This document shows, piece after piece, positions 1 to 13,274 of a DNA stretch of 63,730 bases. Below the pieces are notes generated by a model that did not search any database, had not been told where the DNA came from, and was given only the letters and a program-made list of their open reading frames with translations. This DNA comes from Octopus bimaculoides (taxonomy: Eukaryota), in contig NC_068986.1 in assembly GCF_001194135.2 (NCBI RefSeq), forward strand, positions 35,675,599-35,739,328. Direction: 5' to 3'. Positions within the stretch are counted from its first letter, which is position 1, and each line of letters opens with the position of its first letter. The translations under genes were made by a program, and so were the position numbers.

Positions 1-214
1 GGACGGCAGTGACGGTGACGATAATAGCGATGGCGGCGGTGGCGGCTGTGTTGATGTTTTTGGTGGACGTGATGGTTTTCGTAATGGTAATGGTGATAGT
101 GGTCACTACTGCTGATAGCAGTTGAGATGGTGGTAATCGTATGCTGCTGCTGCTGTTATGGTTGGTAATAGCAATAATGACGATATTGATGATCATGGCG
201 ATGCTGATCATTCT

Positions 215-426
215 TTTGCCACAAGGTCAGCAATTTATGGGGGAGGGCAAGAGTCGATTACATCGACCCCCCCCCCCAGCGTTCAACTGGTACTTAATTT
301 ATCGACCCCGAAAGAATGAAAGGCATAGTCGACCTGGGCGAAATTTGAGCTCAGAACATAAAGACAGACGAAATACAGCTAAGCATCTTGCCCGCCGTGC
401 TAACTATTCGGTCAGTTCGACGCCTT
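215..426 (-). mobile_element. tRNA-derived SINE, family A
   Basis: Core gtacttaatttatcgaccccgaaag.atgaaaggca.agtcgacct...tttga.ctcagaac shared by more than 10 copies. Confidence 0.85.
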
Positions 427-885
427 AGTGGTGATAATAATAATAATAATAATAATATAATAGAAGATAAACCTAGCCTGAATAGGAAACTGGAATGGAA
501 CACTAGCACACCCCACCAACAAACCACAGCATATGACAATAAAATCCCCATAAACTTATAACAATATGAACAAAATATAATACAATACATAGATAAACAA
601 ATACATATGTTAACAAAATTAAATTAAATACACAAAAACAAACAAAACAACACAAAAATAGGTATAAACACATGAACAAATAATAAAAATAAAAACAAAT
701 TAAGCGAACATGTATTAACAGGGGATACAGATAAGACAGGCCCTCCCCATACACACACATGCACTTACAAAACATAGACACACATAGAGGGATACGCATG
801 CGCATATACAGACACATACATTAGGAATACAAAATGACTGATCGTTAGCAAGGAGGGACACACATATAAGAAAGAAGAAACCAAA

Positions 886-930
886 GGACCACTGATGAGG
901 TCATAGAAGTGTGACGAAAGAACTCTGGCC
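886..930 (+). ncRNA. Minimal type I hammerhead-ribozyme-like motif
   Basis: GGACCA-CUGAUGA-G-GUCAU(loop)GUGAC-GAAA-GAAC-UC-UGGCC. Confidence 0.45.
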
Positions 931-1226
931 GAAATACAATTAATGTAATATAAAGCTGAAGNNNNNNNNNNACTGATGAGGTCATAGAAGTGTGACGAAA
1001 GAACTCTGGCCGAAATACAATTAATGTAATATAAAGCTGAAGCAAATTAACACCAAATATATAGTGCGTGTGTTTTTATTGGCTAAACTGGCAACATGAC
1101 CGTCCCTAAATACAACAATATGTTTCAACACATGATTTCACATCAAGAATCTTGCAAAACAAATATATAAACGGAATAATAATATAATTAACACGATAAT
1201 AATAAAATAATAATAATAATAATAAT

Positions 1227-1678
1227 CCTTTCTACTGGAGGCACAAGGCCTAACATTTGTGGGAGGGGACTAGTCGGTAACATTGACCCCAGTGTTTCAC
1301 TGGTACTTAATTCATCGATCCCGAAAGGATGAAAGGTAATGTCGATCTCAGCGGAATTTGAACTCAGAGCGTAGCGACGGGCGAAATACCGCTAAGCAGT
1401 TCGTCCAGCGTGCTAACGATTCTGCCAGCTAGCCACTTTGAATAATAATAATAATAGTAATAATCGTTTCTACTAAAGGTATAAGGCCTGAAATTTTGGG
1501 AGAGGGATTAAGTCGAGTATATCGACCCCAGTACTCAACCGGTACTTAATTTATCGACTCCGAAAAGATGAAAGGCAAAGTCAACCTCGGCAGAATTTGA
1601 ACTCAGAACGTAGCGACAGACGAAGTACTGCTAAGCATTTCGCCCGGCGTGCTAACGATTCTGCCAGCTCGCTGGCTT
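1227..1678 (-). mobile_element. Two adjacent SINE family A copies (1227-1438, 1465-1678) separated by (TAA)n
   Basis: Both carry the family core and tRNA-like head. Confidence 0.88.
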
Positions 1679-2336
1679 ATTAATAAAAAATATTAATGAC
1701 TAAGTTAATGATGATGATGATGATGGGAATAATATCGATGGTGGCGGTGTTGGTCGTAACAGAGATGTCATTAATGATGACGCTAATATGACGTGAAGAC
1801 AAAGATGATGTAAAAATACAAAAACAACAAAACAAAAAGAACAAGAGAGCAAATGGGGTGGAAAGAGGGTGGGACAGAAAGCTCTTGTATTTTTGATTTA
1901 TCTACATTCCGCACCATCTTTGCTGCTTGTCTTTTCTTTAACAATTCCCTTCGTTATCATTGCTGCATTGACTGACATGCACGCGCACACGCACACACAT
2001 TGAATCTTAAGATTTATGACAGAGAGAAAAACACTTGGAAAGCATATTGGATACACATGTCTGTGGGTGTAGGTATGTTTCTATGTATGTATGTATATGT
2101 ATGTAGGTCTATATCTCCATTTATATTTCACCGGATACAAATTCGTGTTTCTAAATCTCACATTTAAAATATAACGTTAATTTCTGAGAATATAGAAGGA
2201 AAGTAGACAAATTGAGAGAGAGAGAGAGAGAAAGAGGAAAGAAATGGTTGTTTGTATGACAGAAAAAATGTAGAAAGCATTCGCATAAACATTATAGTAT
2301 GAAGAAAAAATTTACGTAAAGTAGAAAGAAAGAGAA

Positions 2337-2396
<60 letters not shown>

Positions 2397-3805
2397 NNNN
2401 NNNNNNNNNNNNNNNNNNNNNNNNNNNNNNNNNNNNNNNNNNNNNNNNNNNNNNNNNNNNNNNNNNNNNNNNNNNNNNNNNNNNNNNNNNNNNNNNNNNN
2501 NNNNNNNNNNNNNNNNNNNNNNNNNNNNNNNNNNNNNNNNNNNNNNNNNNNNNNNNNNNNNNNNNNNNNNNNNNNNNNNNNNNNNNNNNNNNNNNNNNNN
2601 NNNNNNNNNNNNNNNNNNNNNNNNNNNNNNNNNNNNNNNNNNNNNNNNNNNNNNNNNNNNNNNNNNNNNNNNNNNNNNNNNNNNNNNNNNNNNNNNNNNN
2701 NNNNNNNNNNNNNNNNNNNNNNNNNNNNNNNNNNNNNNNNNNNNNNNNNNNNNNNNNNNNTATATATATATATATATAGTATATGTGTGTGTGTGTGTGT
2801 GTGTGAGTGTGTGTGCGCGTGCGTGCGTGCTTGAGCGTGTGTAGGGATTTCTTGCCTGACTTAAGCAATCTAACTAGATGTGTATTTCAATTTTGCCCTC
2901 TTCATTACTGCACCCGAAGCATGGATTGTTGTTGTTGTTCTTATCATTATTATTATTATTATGAATTCCTTTTCATATTCTGTGATGTCCTTCCCAAGAG
3001 ATCACGACCACTGGTTAGTTAATGTCAAATATAACGGAGGGTAATGCGTATTTCTCTACAAGATATTGAAGCCTGAAGACATCAGTTACATGAACACACA
3101 CACACAGTGGCACACGTCTTTACGTCTATCAACAAAGACATACATATGAGCGGAATCCAGAGCAGCTACATCTCATTCACCTTGCAAAAAATAGCAGCCA
3201 AATTTCCCTCAAACATTCTTTCAAAATACATAACAACAGTGGATGACGTAAACCATAAATGAACTGTTTGCAAACAAGTCGTGATGTTCACGGAAGGACA
3301 CGATTTGATCATAGGTCTGCTTTAAATAACCAAGTCGACTCGAACTACGTACTCACATACGGAATATGATTATTATAAAACAGATATACATATTCGTGTG
3401 ATTGTGGAAAATACAGTGGTATAAACGATTTCCACATACGCTTGTATTATTTTGTTTTAGCAGATCTATGATCGTTCGTTGTGTCCAACCATTAAATGTG
3501 AGACACCCTCGCTTGTGTGACAGTGATGCTTATTCAAACTATCGCATTGTATCATGATACAGAGGGACAAATACTCATGCACACAACTTTGGTCGACCCA
3601 GACTCTGATCCTAAGAAAGGAACACATTGGATAATGTAGTCCCTTAAAATAAAGGAATTTGTTAAAGCTGGAGTCCCTTTGAACACAAGTTTTCCTAATC
3701 GATGTCCATTTAAAACTAATCAACTACAACAGATGTGAGATACAGAGATACATCTTCCCATGGTACCTATTTGTTCTTTTTTTTGGGGGGGGGGTAATTT
3801 TAATT

Positions 3806-4198
3806 GTTGTTGTTGTTGGCACTCCGTCGCTTACGACGTCGAGGGTTCCAGTTGATCCGATCAACGGAATGGCCTGCTCGTGAAATGAACGTGCAAGTGG
3901 CTGAGCAATCCACAGACACGTGTACCCTTAACGTAGTTCTCGGGTATATTCAGCGTGACACAGTGTGACAAGGCTGACCCTTTGAATTACAGGCACAACA
4001 GAAACAGGAAGTAAGTGTGAGAGAAAGTTGTGGTGGAAGAGTACAGCAGGGTTCGCCACCACCATCCCCTGCCGGAGCCTCGTGGAGCTTTAGGTGCTTT
4101 CGCTCAATAAACACTCACAACGCCCGGTCTGGGAATCGAAACCGCGACCCTATGACCCCGAGTCCACTGCCCTAACCACTGGGCCATTGCGCCTCCAC
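3806..4198 (-). mobile_element. Full-length tRNA-derived SINE, family C, (CAA)n tail
   Basis: Pol III A/B-box-like head; 13-bp direct repeat ggtaattttaatt at 3793-3805 and 4199-4211; near-identical copy at 23162. Confidence 0.9.
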
Positions 4199-5104
4199 GG
4201 TAATTTTAATTAGAGCACAGACAATTAAGTAGGATGGCTATAAGACAGTCGATAAGGGAAATTTGGTTGCTATTAGTTGTAGTAGATATTTAATCTCTGT
4301 CGCTGTGATAAAAGAAAGATTTGGCTGCTCTTTGTAGTAGGTCGAGAAGCTACGTAAATTTGCCACAAACACGATATGTATTGCTAAATCTTAGTCTAAC
4401 TGACTAGCCAACACGTCAACGACTCGGCCACTCGCAACATTTTTTACTGCAGGAAATGGTGGCACTATAATTGACATTAGCCTGAAGTGCCGAACTTAAA
4501 TCCTGTCACAGGTCACGGAAGAAGTCGATCGCAAAAACCTTCCTATATAATTTTCATAAAATTCGTCTATGAAGACAAAATATTCACTGGTACCACACAA
4601 ATACAATGACCAGTAAGGTCAACAGATAATCATATCCGCAGTGGCATGTCAATCCAAAATATATAAGATATGACGAATTTCCAGCTGGAATAATTAAAGG
4701 TCAAGTTCTTTCTTCCGCGTTTTTATTATATATTTTCATAAATATGATTTGGCTTTTTTTTTCCTCTGGCAAATATTCAGGCAGCATAATGTCACCATCT
4801 GTACAACTACTGCAGTTTGGTAACTTTCCAAATATCTGTCAGTAAAACGTAGCCAAAATATGTAGTCACCAACCTCTAGCAGTGCATTGACTTCTGGTTG
4901 TTGTTGTTGTCAGCCTTTGGTAATTTCCATTGCCAAAAGAGTAAATGGGAAAAATAAATTTCTCATGTATGTTACCTTGTTAGAATTTGCTAAATCCACC
5001 ACTACACAAAGAGAGAAACAGATAGGAGTGTGTGTGTACTATATCTATACACAAACTGAGAAACAACATTAGGATATGTGTGTAATGTATGTATATATAC
5101 TTTT

Positions 5105-5296
5105 ATTTTTTTTACTTGTTTCAGTCATTTGACTGGCTATGCTGGAGCACCGCCTTTTAGTCGAAGACATCGACCCCTAGACTTATTTGTAAGCTTGGTG
5201 CTTATTCTATCGATCTCTTCTGCCGAACTGCTTGCTTACGGGGACGTAAACACACCAACATCGGTTGTCAAAGCGATGGTGGAGGGGACAAACACG

Positions 5297-5300
<4 letters not shown>
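5105..5300 (-). mobile_element. SINE family B 3' half
   Basis: tttacttgtttcagtcatttgactgg...gacgtaaacacaccaacatcggttgtcaa. Confidence 0.8.
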
Positions 5301-5341
<41 letters not shown>

Positions 5342-6160
5342 GAGAAGCAAAACAGGTTACGTTGAATCTACCTGAGAATTACTTTAAGGTACGCGTGTCT
5401 GTGGAGTGCTCAGCCTTACGAATATTAATTTCACGAGCAGGTTGATCGAATCAAGTGGACAACTCCTCATCGTAACCGACGGAGTTCCAGAGCGTGTACT
5501 TTGTATAGGTAGATGTTATTAGTCAACTTTTCTTTCACTTTGGTTACACGTGTATAATACCTTAAATATAAACACTATTTCGCATCATTTTCCACATAAC
5601 AACTGATCACTCATGAATATTTTGCTATAAATACCAGGTTTCATACATCAAAAACCAGATACGTGAAAAGCTTAATGGTAACAGTGTAATTTCATCGCCA
5701 CAATAAATATTGCACTCAATTTCAGTACTGAGTACTTTATCCTCATGAAGGTAAGCTCTCACACACGCACAAACGATCGAACACAAATGCACACATACGC
5801 ATATATCATATACCAGGTGGTGCTCCTTTAAGATCATGAGCTTGTTGACGAAAACAGCTAGCATCCATCCTTCCATCCACACACATATGTTTACTTATCC
5901 AGTATTTTAGTCATTAGACTGCGGCCAATCTGGGGCACTACCTTTATGGGAATTAATCGATCATTTCAATCCGAGTGCTTATTTTCATTTGGTTTATGTT
6001 TTGTTGATAATCATTTATCAAACCTGTATATTCTATAGCTAAGTTATAGGATATCCAGAGACAACATGGAGATAGAAGTAGACACATACAAGCACATATA
6101 AGATCAATGGAACGACTAACAAGAAAACATTAGGCAAATGGCTGGGGTTTTGTAACTTAC

Positions 6161-6363
6161 CTTTGTGTCTAGGGTGCATTAGTGGCATGGAGATTATATT
6201 CAAGGCCTCGAATCCAGTCACTTCCGCTCCGTTAACACCAGGGATTTCACTAAGTGGGATATAAGCTTCTCCTCCAATGTCGTTTTGGAACATGAAGTCA
6301 TGGTCCATCACAATAAACTGGATGGCTGCACCTCTGTGTTTGCACTGTTCTGGGCTCACTGGA
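6161..6363 (-). CDS. BAIAP3: BAIAP3-like exon [37 protein letters not shown]...PLMHPRHK (phase 2-1), C2B
   Basis: tttttttacAG acceptor, GTAAGT donor; VMDHD...ND.GEA motif. Confidence 0.95.
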
Positions 6364-8292
6364 CTGTAAAAAAAAAAAAGACAAAATATTTAAACAAAGT
6401 CAAACTTTCGCTTGCGACAAAAGCAGCCCCACTTAACGGAGAAGCTCCATAACTTTCACCATTCTACACCAATGGTAAAAAAGAAATCAGAGCTCATCTC
6501 AACTTGTCAGCATATGTTAAAATTTCGGGTGATCAATTTCAAAACAGAATCACATCCTGACTTCATTGAAAAAGGCTTTCATCGTACGACCAGTCAAAAG
6601 CGCTCACTACTTAAAATAATATTGAATACCTTTTTTTTATTATTTATTTTATACATGCTGTAGTACTGTTTACTGTAAAATTGATTCTACAACTTTAGAG
6701 ATGAAGAAATCCGTTTTTGTTTACACACATACACACTGAATTTGATTTACCGATTCTGCCAAAATACCTTCGTAGGTATATCAATCACTCACTTTAATTC
6801 AGTCATATCCATTTGACTGTATAAATCAGTTCATGCTGCCGTTTGGCTTCGAGTCAGCTTTAATCGAACAAATCTATGATCGAAGGCAATCCAGCCGTAA
6901 CCACTTTGTCGTTTTAGGTATAACGTGAGTACAAATTTACGTCATCATATTGTGCTTATACCTTTTAGACGTTAAATTTTTGGAGTAAGTTTGTATGACC
7001 ACAAAGAAGCTTACTCTTTGGTTAATTAATTAATTTACTTCTCTAAGAGGTGGTTAAGTGGTTAATGTTAGGCCCATTATCAACATCAGTGGTTCTCAAC
7101 GTATTTGTTTTGCTCATGGCTCATGGCTCTGTTTTAATCTTCAATTAAGTCCACACTGACTGTTGGAATGTTTGGTAATTGCATGTACATTATGTAAAGC
7201 TAGATGTTTGTACATGAGCATTAGCAATAAAATTATATAAAAGTATGAAACTACAAATGCACGGTAGAAGCATATGCTAACAATTGTGCAGTTATTTTCT
7301 TCTATCTTTCTTCTACTTGTTTCGTTCATTGTATTGTGGCCATGATGGGGCACCTCCTGGAAAGGTTTAGTAGAAAAATTGACTCCAGTATTTGCTTTTT
7401 TTAAAACTAGAACTTATTCTATTGGACCCTTTTGCCGAACTGTCATGTTACAGGACGTAAACGTACAAACACCGGCTGTCAAGTCAAGCGGTGATGGGAA
7501 GGACAAAACCATGCATGTGTGTGTGTGTGTAAGACGCATGGCTCAGTGCAAGACCGTGGTTTCGATTCCAAGACAGTGCGCTGCGTTGTATTCTTGAGCA
7601 AAACACTTCATTTCTCGTTGCGCTGCGATCGTTTCATCATGACATGTTGCACGTCGTGCACCCGTGCAGGTAATGTTGTTAGACCAAGGTGCCACGAAGT
7701 GGGTCTGAATCCAGAACCATGTGGTTGGGAAGCAAACTTCTTACGACACAGCCGTGACTGCGACTTTGTTTACTGTATTGAGTACATCACCACTGTATGT
7801 ATCTTAATTATTAGACAGATTTGTATAGCAGTTGACCAATGCAAAATACTTTGATATTTATTTAGTTAAATTTTCTGTCAACTAACCATACTAACTAGGT
7901 CACTTCAAAAGCTAGCGCACGAGCGCGCGCCTACCTTATGTTGTCAAGGCAGATCATGTGGAAGTTATGAAGAAATATCTTTGGAATGTGAAAATCAAAT
8001 ACACGCACACACACACACACACNNNNNNNNNNNNNNNNNNNNNNNNNNNNNNNNNNNNNNNNNNNNNNNNNNNNNNNNNNNNNNNNNNNNNNNNNNNNNN
8101 NNNNNNNNNNNNNNNNNNNNNNNNNNNNNNCACACACACACACACACACACCATTCACAACCTTATTAAAAAGGAAAAAAATGTCAGCACCACCATGAAA
8201 ATATGCATTAAGTATATATAAAATGAAATAAAAACATATTTAATGAAATGAAAACGTTTAATACGTGTACACTCAACTTCCTTGATAATACA

Positions 8293-8326
<34 letters not shown>

Positions 8327-9725
8327 ATGTGCGAGTGTGTGTGGCGTGTACTTCGTAATGTGAAGCACAACCCTATGCAAATATATACTTTTTAATACGT
8401 CAACCCATATCTTAAGCAAGTTCTATCTTGACACCATCTTTAACACATTGCTACTAATGCCACCATTAATACTATAAAAACTAGTGCTTTCCCAACCGTC
8501 TTCAGTATCACACTTAACCCCCAACGCACCTATTGCACACCACCACCACCACTGCCACAACAGTATACCAGCAATATCACCACTACTACCACGAACATTT
8601 CTATCTCCAATATGTCGGCGCAGGGGTCGCTGTGTGGTTAGCATTTCGCTTCTCGACAACATGGTTACGGGTTCAATCCTACTGCGTAGAAACTTGGGCA
8701 AGTGTCGACCGCTATAGCTTCGAACCGATCAAAGCCTTGTGAGTGAATTTGGTAGACGGAAACTAAAGGAAGTTCGTCGTATGTGGGTCTATCTATCTAT
8801 CTCAGCGGTTCTCATCCAAGGTCCATATGACCTTTGGGGTCCATATAAGATTTTGTTGTTAAAATATATCAACAATAAACTGGTTATACTTCTATTAGTA
8901 TACAAAATATTTTAAGAATGTTTTTTTTATTCAATTCCTTATCATATCTAATTCTAAAAATATACTATGAATTTTTAAACATCGAATGGCTTTGAGGGTC
9001 CGTCTGAATAAAATCGGAATGAAAGGGGTCAATAGGCAAAAAAAATAGTTGCGAAACACTGATCCATATATGTATGTAGGGGGTCGTCGTGGTTGTACGG
9101 TAAGTATTTTGCTTTCCAGCCACATGGGAGTCACGATAAAAGTATACGTGTGCTAGTTCTACTCATGCGTTAGTTCCACGAACAGAAATTCAGTCGATCG
9201 AACCACCGAATGTTCATCGTCGAGGACGACGGAGAATCCGTCAAATTCTACCCACTCCTCATTCCTGTGTGCAATATTGTCAGAACACAATAACTCTGTC
9301 GCCCCCCTCCTGTCACAATCTAAATTAGCCAGGTGACGAGCAGGGGAGAGCGGCGGATTGTGAACGTGTTGTGTGGGGACATTCTTCTTTAGCGGCTCAC
9401 TACAATCAGAGCCACCCACTCAGTAAACGATTTTTTCTTATTCATTTAGAGAAGCGGTAATGGACGTATTCCAAAGACCTGTCACTTCACTTTTACTGCC
9501 ATTTTATGTTGTGTACGTTTGTACGTATGTGTGAAGGAGAGAGAAATTGGTGGAGGAAGATAAATTTACTTCTATCTCGTTTTATTACCCAGCCCCCCCT
9601 ACCCAGTCAATTAGCAGTTGCTTTTAGAACATTACAAATGGACTTAGCCATATCTCCCATGCTTTACTTTTTCTTTTAAAGAAGTATCAATTATGAGCGT
9701 GAGGTATGGGAATACCTCGCAATGA

Positions 9726-9776
<51 letters not shown>

Positions 9777-12700
9777 GTAGAAAAATGTTATAAAAACAAA
9801 ATAGAAACTACACGTGGAAATGTAAGGGGAAAGTAAGCAGAAAAATAAGCGAAAATGCACATTGAAAATCAAAAAATTAAAGGTTTTTTATGAAAAGTAA
9901 CGATAGATATATACAATTAGATGAACTGAGGTAGGAATAAAGGTAATAAAAGTCATTATTGTGAGTTGTTAAAGAGATTCAAAAGCATACCGGTTTCGTA
10001 ATATTTAATCATTGCTTTGAATGCACACCGAATACTGAACGGTGTCAGGTCTATTAGTCCCTTAGTAAAAATATTATGTGTAAGGGAGGTAAATCTTGTT
10101 AGCAAGAGCCGAACTAAATAAACCTCTGTAGCTCAGACCCGAACTAAACTTTGTAATGAAAACAGCTGAATGCTCATCGTCGAAATAGACGGAGGATACA
10201 TAATCTGTGTATGAACAATCACGTCTCAGTATATTCCCACTCCATCGGTTATTATTTTTCTTCTAATTATCTTTTTCGTTTTCTTTTTCCCTGCTTCCAG
10301 CGTTATTAGCGTGGACCCTTCCTCACCCACATACCCCGCTCCCACTAATTATATATCTCTCACCGTTTGATCCCTCAAAATCGTTCTCCATACTCTAACC
10401 AACCAATTAAGGGAGCCTCTATGTGATCGGTCGGCTTGCTAGAAATAGCAGCTAAATTTGCTTCAAATCAAAAAAGAAAGAAATAGGGATGGTCAAGTCT
10501 TGGATGTCTTTGGGCGCTGAACAAATGCCACACATCCAGACAGGCCACACTTGCCATTTTAGTCTGAATTATGAAGCTGGTGTTGCTATCGTTAACTTCG
10601 TTAGAAATTAAAAATAATAATAATAATAAAAAAAAAAACACCCCAAAATCTGGCTTATCTCTGCTTTTTCCTCTTATGGCGACCGGGGTGGTCTTTCGAT
10701 TGGTCGCCAACACGGATCACCGCACAGTACTGCTCTTCCGACCGCCATCACCACATCATTACCACCGCCATCATTTCCAAGCGTACCATAATCACCGTCT
10801 CTTAACACCGCCATCACCACCACCACCACCACCATCATCATCATCTTCAATACCACCAACACTACAATCATACATCATCATCATCAATATCATCATCGAC
10901 GCCCTCACCACAGCCACGTTCATGATGATAATCATCATCATCATCAACATCGATGATGACTGCTTCCCTCTCAAAACTTATCTCTCATCCAACATATTTC
11001 CTGTTAAAATAAATATTTCTTTCTGTTACTCTCTCGTACAGCACATATTCTTTGCATCATTCCGCACCCTCTGTGTCATACATACACATGTTTTGTATGA
11101 CACACACACTTTTGCATATCAAAGTCACACAACTGTTTTGCGCTTCTTTCTCTCTTTCACACAACGGACATTTACTCACACACGAACTTATAACTACACT
11201 TTCATTTTCTCCCTTAAATTAGGACATTCTATTTTTGCTCTATACACAAGTTTAAGCATACACACTAATTCTAACAAAGATACACACCAATTCTGTCTTA
11301 TCTATACAACTCCACACACACAAACACGTCCATTGTCCTAATGAAGTGACAAACTATCACACGCATTCGCTGACTCCTCTCTCTGTCCCGACACACTAAT
11401 TGCATGGTAGCTTAAGCCCCATGTTACCATTATACTTAAATAGATTTACACACATAAAAGCAACAAGGGCTCAGACAAACACGGCCTCCGTAACGAACTG
11501 GGAGAGAAGTCACTGTAAAGGTTGTGAATGACAACGAAAGAACTCTGACGAAGTACGAAAATGAAACAAAAAACGATTGACAGTTTAACCAGCAAGCTAA
11601 TCGATCGATTGGATAGATATTCAACCAATTGACTAATAATAAAGGAGTGGAACTGAACCGCTGCGTGTTATCAATTTTGCCGGCATGACACTTCCTTGCT
11701 TTACAATCAAACTGCTGCTTTCTCCATCATTATATGATTTGACTGGTTTTTCATATAGACGTTGCTTAGTCTCGGGTCAAGCACCAACCCAGTAGACTTT
11801 TGATCGAAGACGTTTCTGTTTTGACTACCTAGTCTTATTTTCAGAATATAGTGTGGCTTGGTGTCTCAGTGCCGTAATAGGTAATTAAATGTTTGACATC
11901 AAGATAAGCATCCTATGGTAAAACGCTGCCTCAAAATGTCCCATCGAACCCATGCTAGCATGGTAAGGCGGACGTAAAAGTGATGATGTCATAGTGAATC
12001 TGAAAGAGAATGATCCGATATAACGTTTGATTTTTAAGGGTATTTTTGGTTGATTTGGTTTATATTTCTAGAAGTCGAAGAGACTACGTAGATACACCTT
12101 CATGTGCTTTAAAATTTCCTTTTTGTGACTTCAAATCCAGAGGGAACGGTGTCGATCTACAGATGGAGCCAATGTTTATTTCTCGAAACCATTTTTGCTG
12201 TTCAGAATGTTAAATGATGGACTATTATTGTTTAATCATTAGATTAAACAATAACAGTCCACATAGATTTTGCAGATCTATGATCAAAGGAGTTCCGACC
12301 GTGACCACCTCGTCTTTATGTTTACATTGTCCAATGTGTCTTTGCTTTGGTTTTTTTTTTTTGAAGACGTTTGTAATTTGAGGGAGATTTCGCTTCTATT
12401 CCTAACAGTTTCAGTGATCATGTAACGGCTTCTTCGTTTGTTATCTTGTGGAATGGTTGTTTCACACCAGGTAAGTCCTGATCAAGTAAATTTATGATCA
12501 AAAGAGTGCTAGGCATGACTCTTTCCAACATTAACTAATCTACTATTATTTTTTGAAAGACGTTGAGCTGTAATAGGAGAATTTGACTGTTGGGTCGTGC
12601 AAGTTGATTACCTTGTAAACTTACTCCAGCTTTAGTGATTTACCCTTTAAAATATACTATCGTACATTCTGCTACAGCTGTATCCTTTCCAGTCAATTGC

Positions 12701-13187
12701 TGTTCTTATGCTTTCAATATATATGCTATCTTAATTTGGTTACCGTCTCTCTTTTCTGCCTGGCATCCTAACTGTACATATACAGAGAATACTCCCAAAA
12801 GCTGTATACAGTAATCCCTCACCATATCGCGGTTTACCTATCGCAGTTTGAAGATCGACCCAAACTGTGGGAAAACCTCGCTGAAGACAAATCTGCCAGG
12901 GAAGAGGCAAGGATACGTAGCTCAAGGGCTTTTGAAACTTTACGAATCACTTTAGCAGAGGCCGAAAGGGATGTTCGCAAACCAGACCAGAAGAAAAAAA
13001 AAATCTTGTATAAATGAACATGAGTATGATAAAAACTTGTCTATCAGAATAGACCTCGATCAGCCACAGCAGAACACATTAACCGATTCTTTTGTTTTTC
13101 TTCCTACTTTCCTTCTCTTTTTGTCTATTTATTTAAAAGAGTTAATATTTTTTTGCAGCTAGGTCATCGCATAAAATGACAACGAAC

Positions 13188-13274
<87 letters not shown>

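Noticed and set aside
891-1041. Apparent tandem duplications across short N gaps (also 14120-14656, near 35898, 61975-62049, near 62981)
   Set aside because: Identical sequence on both sides of a 10-41 N spacer is the signature of unmerged overlapping contigs, not true tandem repeats.
1-6160. Search for the final BAIAP3 exon (expected phase 1, ending like ...EAQEFVKK...)
   Set aside because: No convincing match; it is probably left of the window or inside an N gap.
9159-9419. 86-aa minus ORF
   Set aside because: Part of it resembles 10160-10250, suggesting an old repeat; no recognisable domain.
10571-11341. 256-aa plus-strand ORF rich in Pro, Ser, Ile and His
   Set aside because: Produced by CAC/CAT trinucleotide low-complexity sequence; no domain or splice support.
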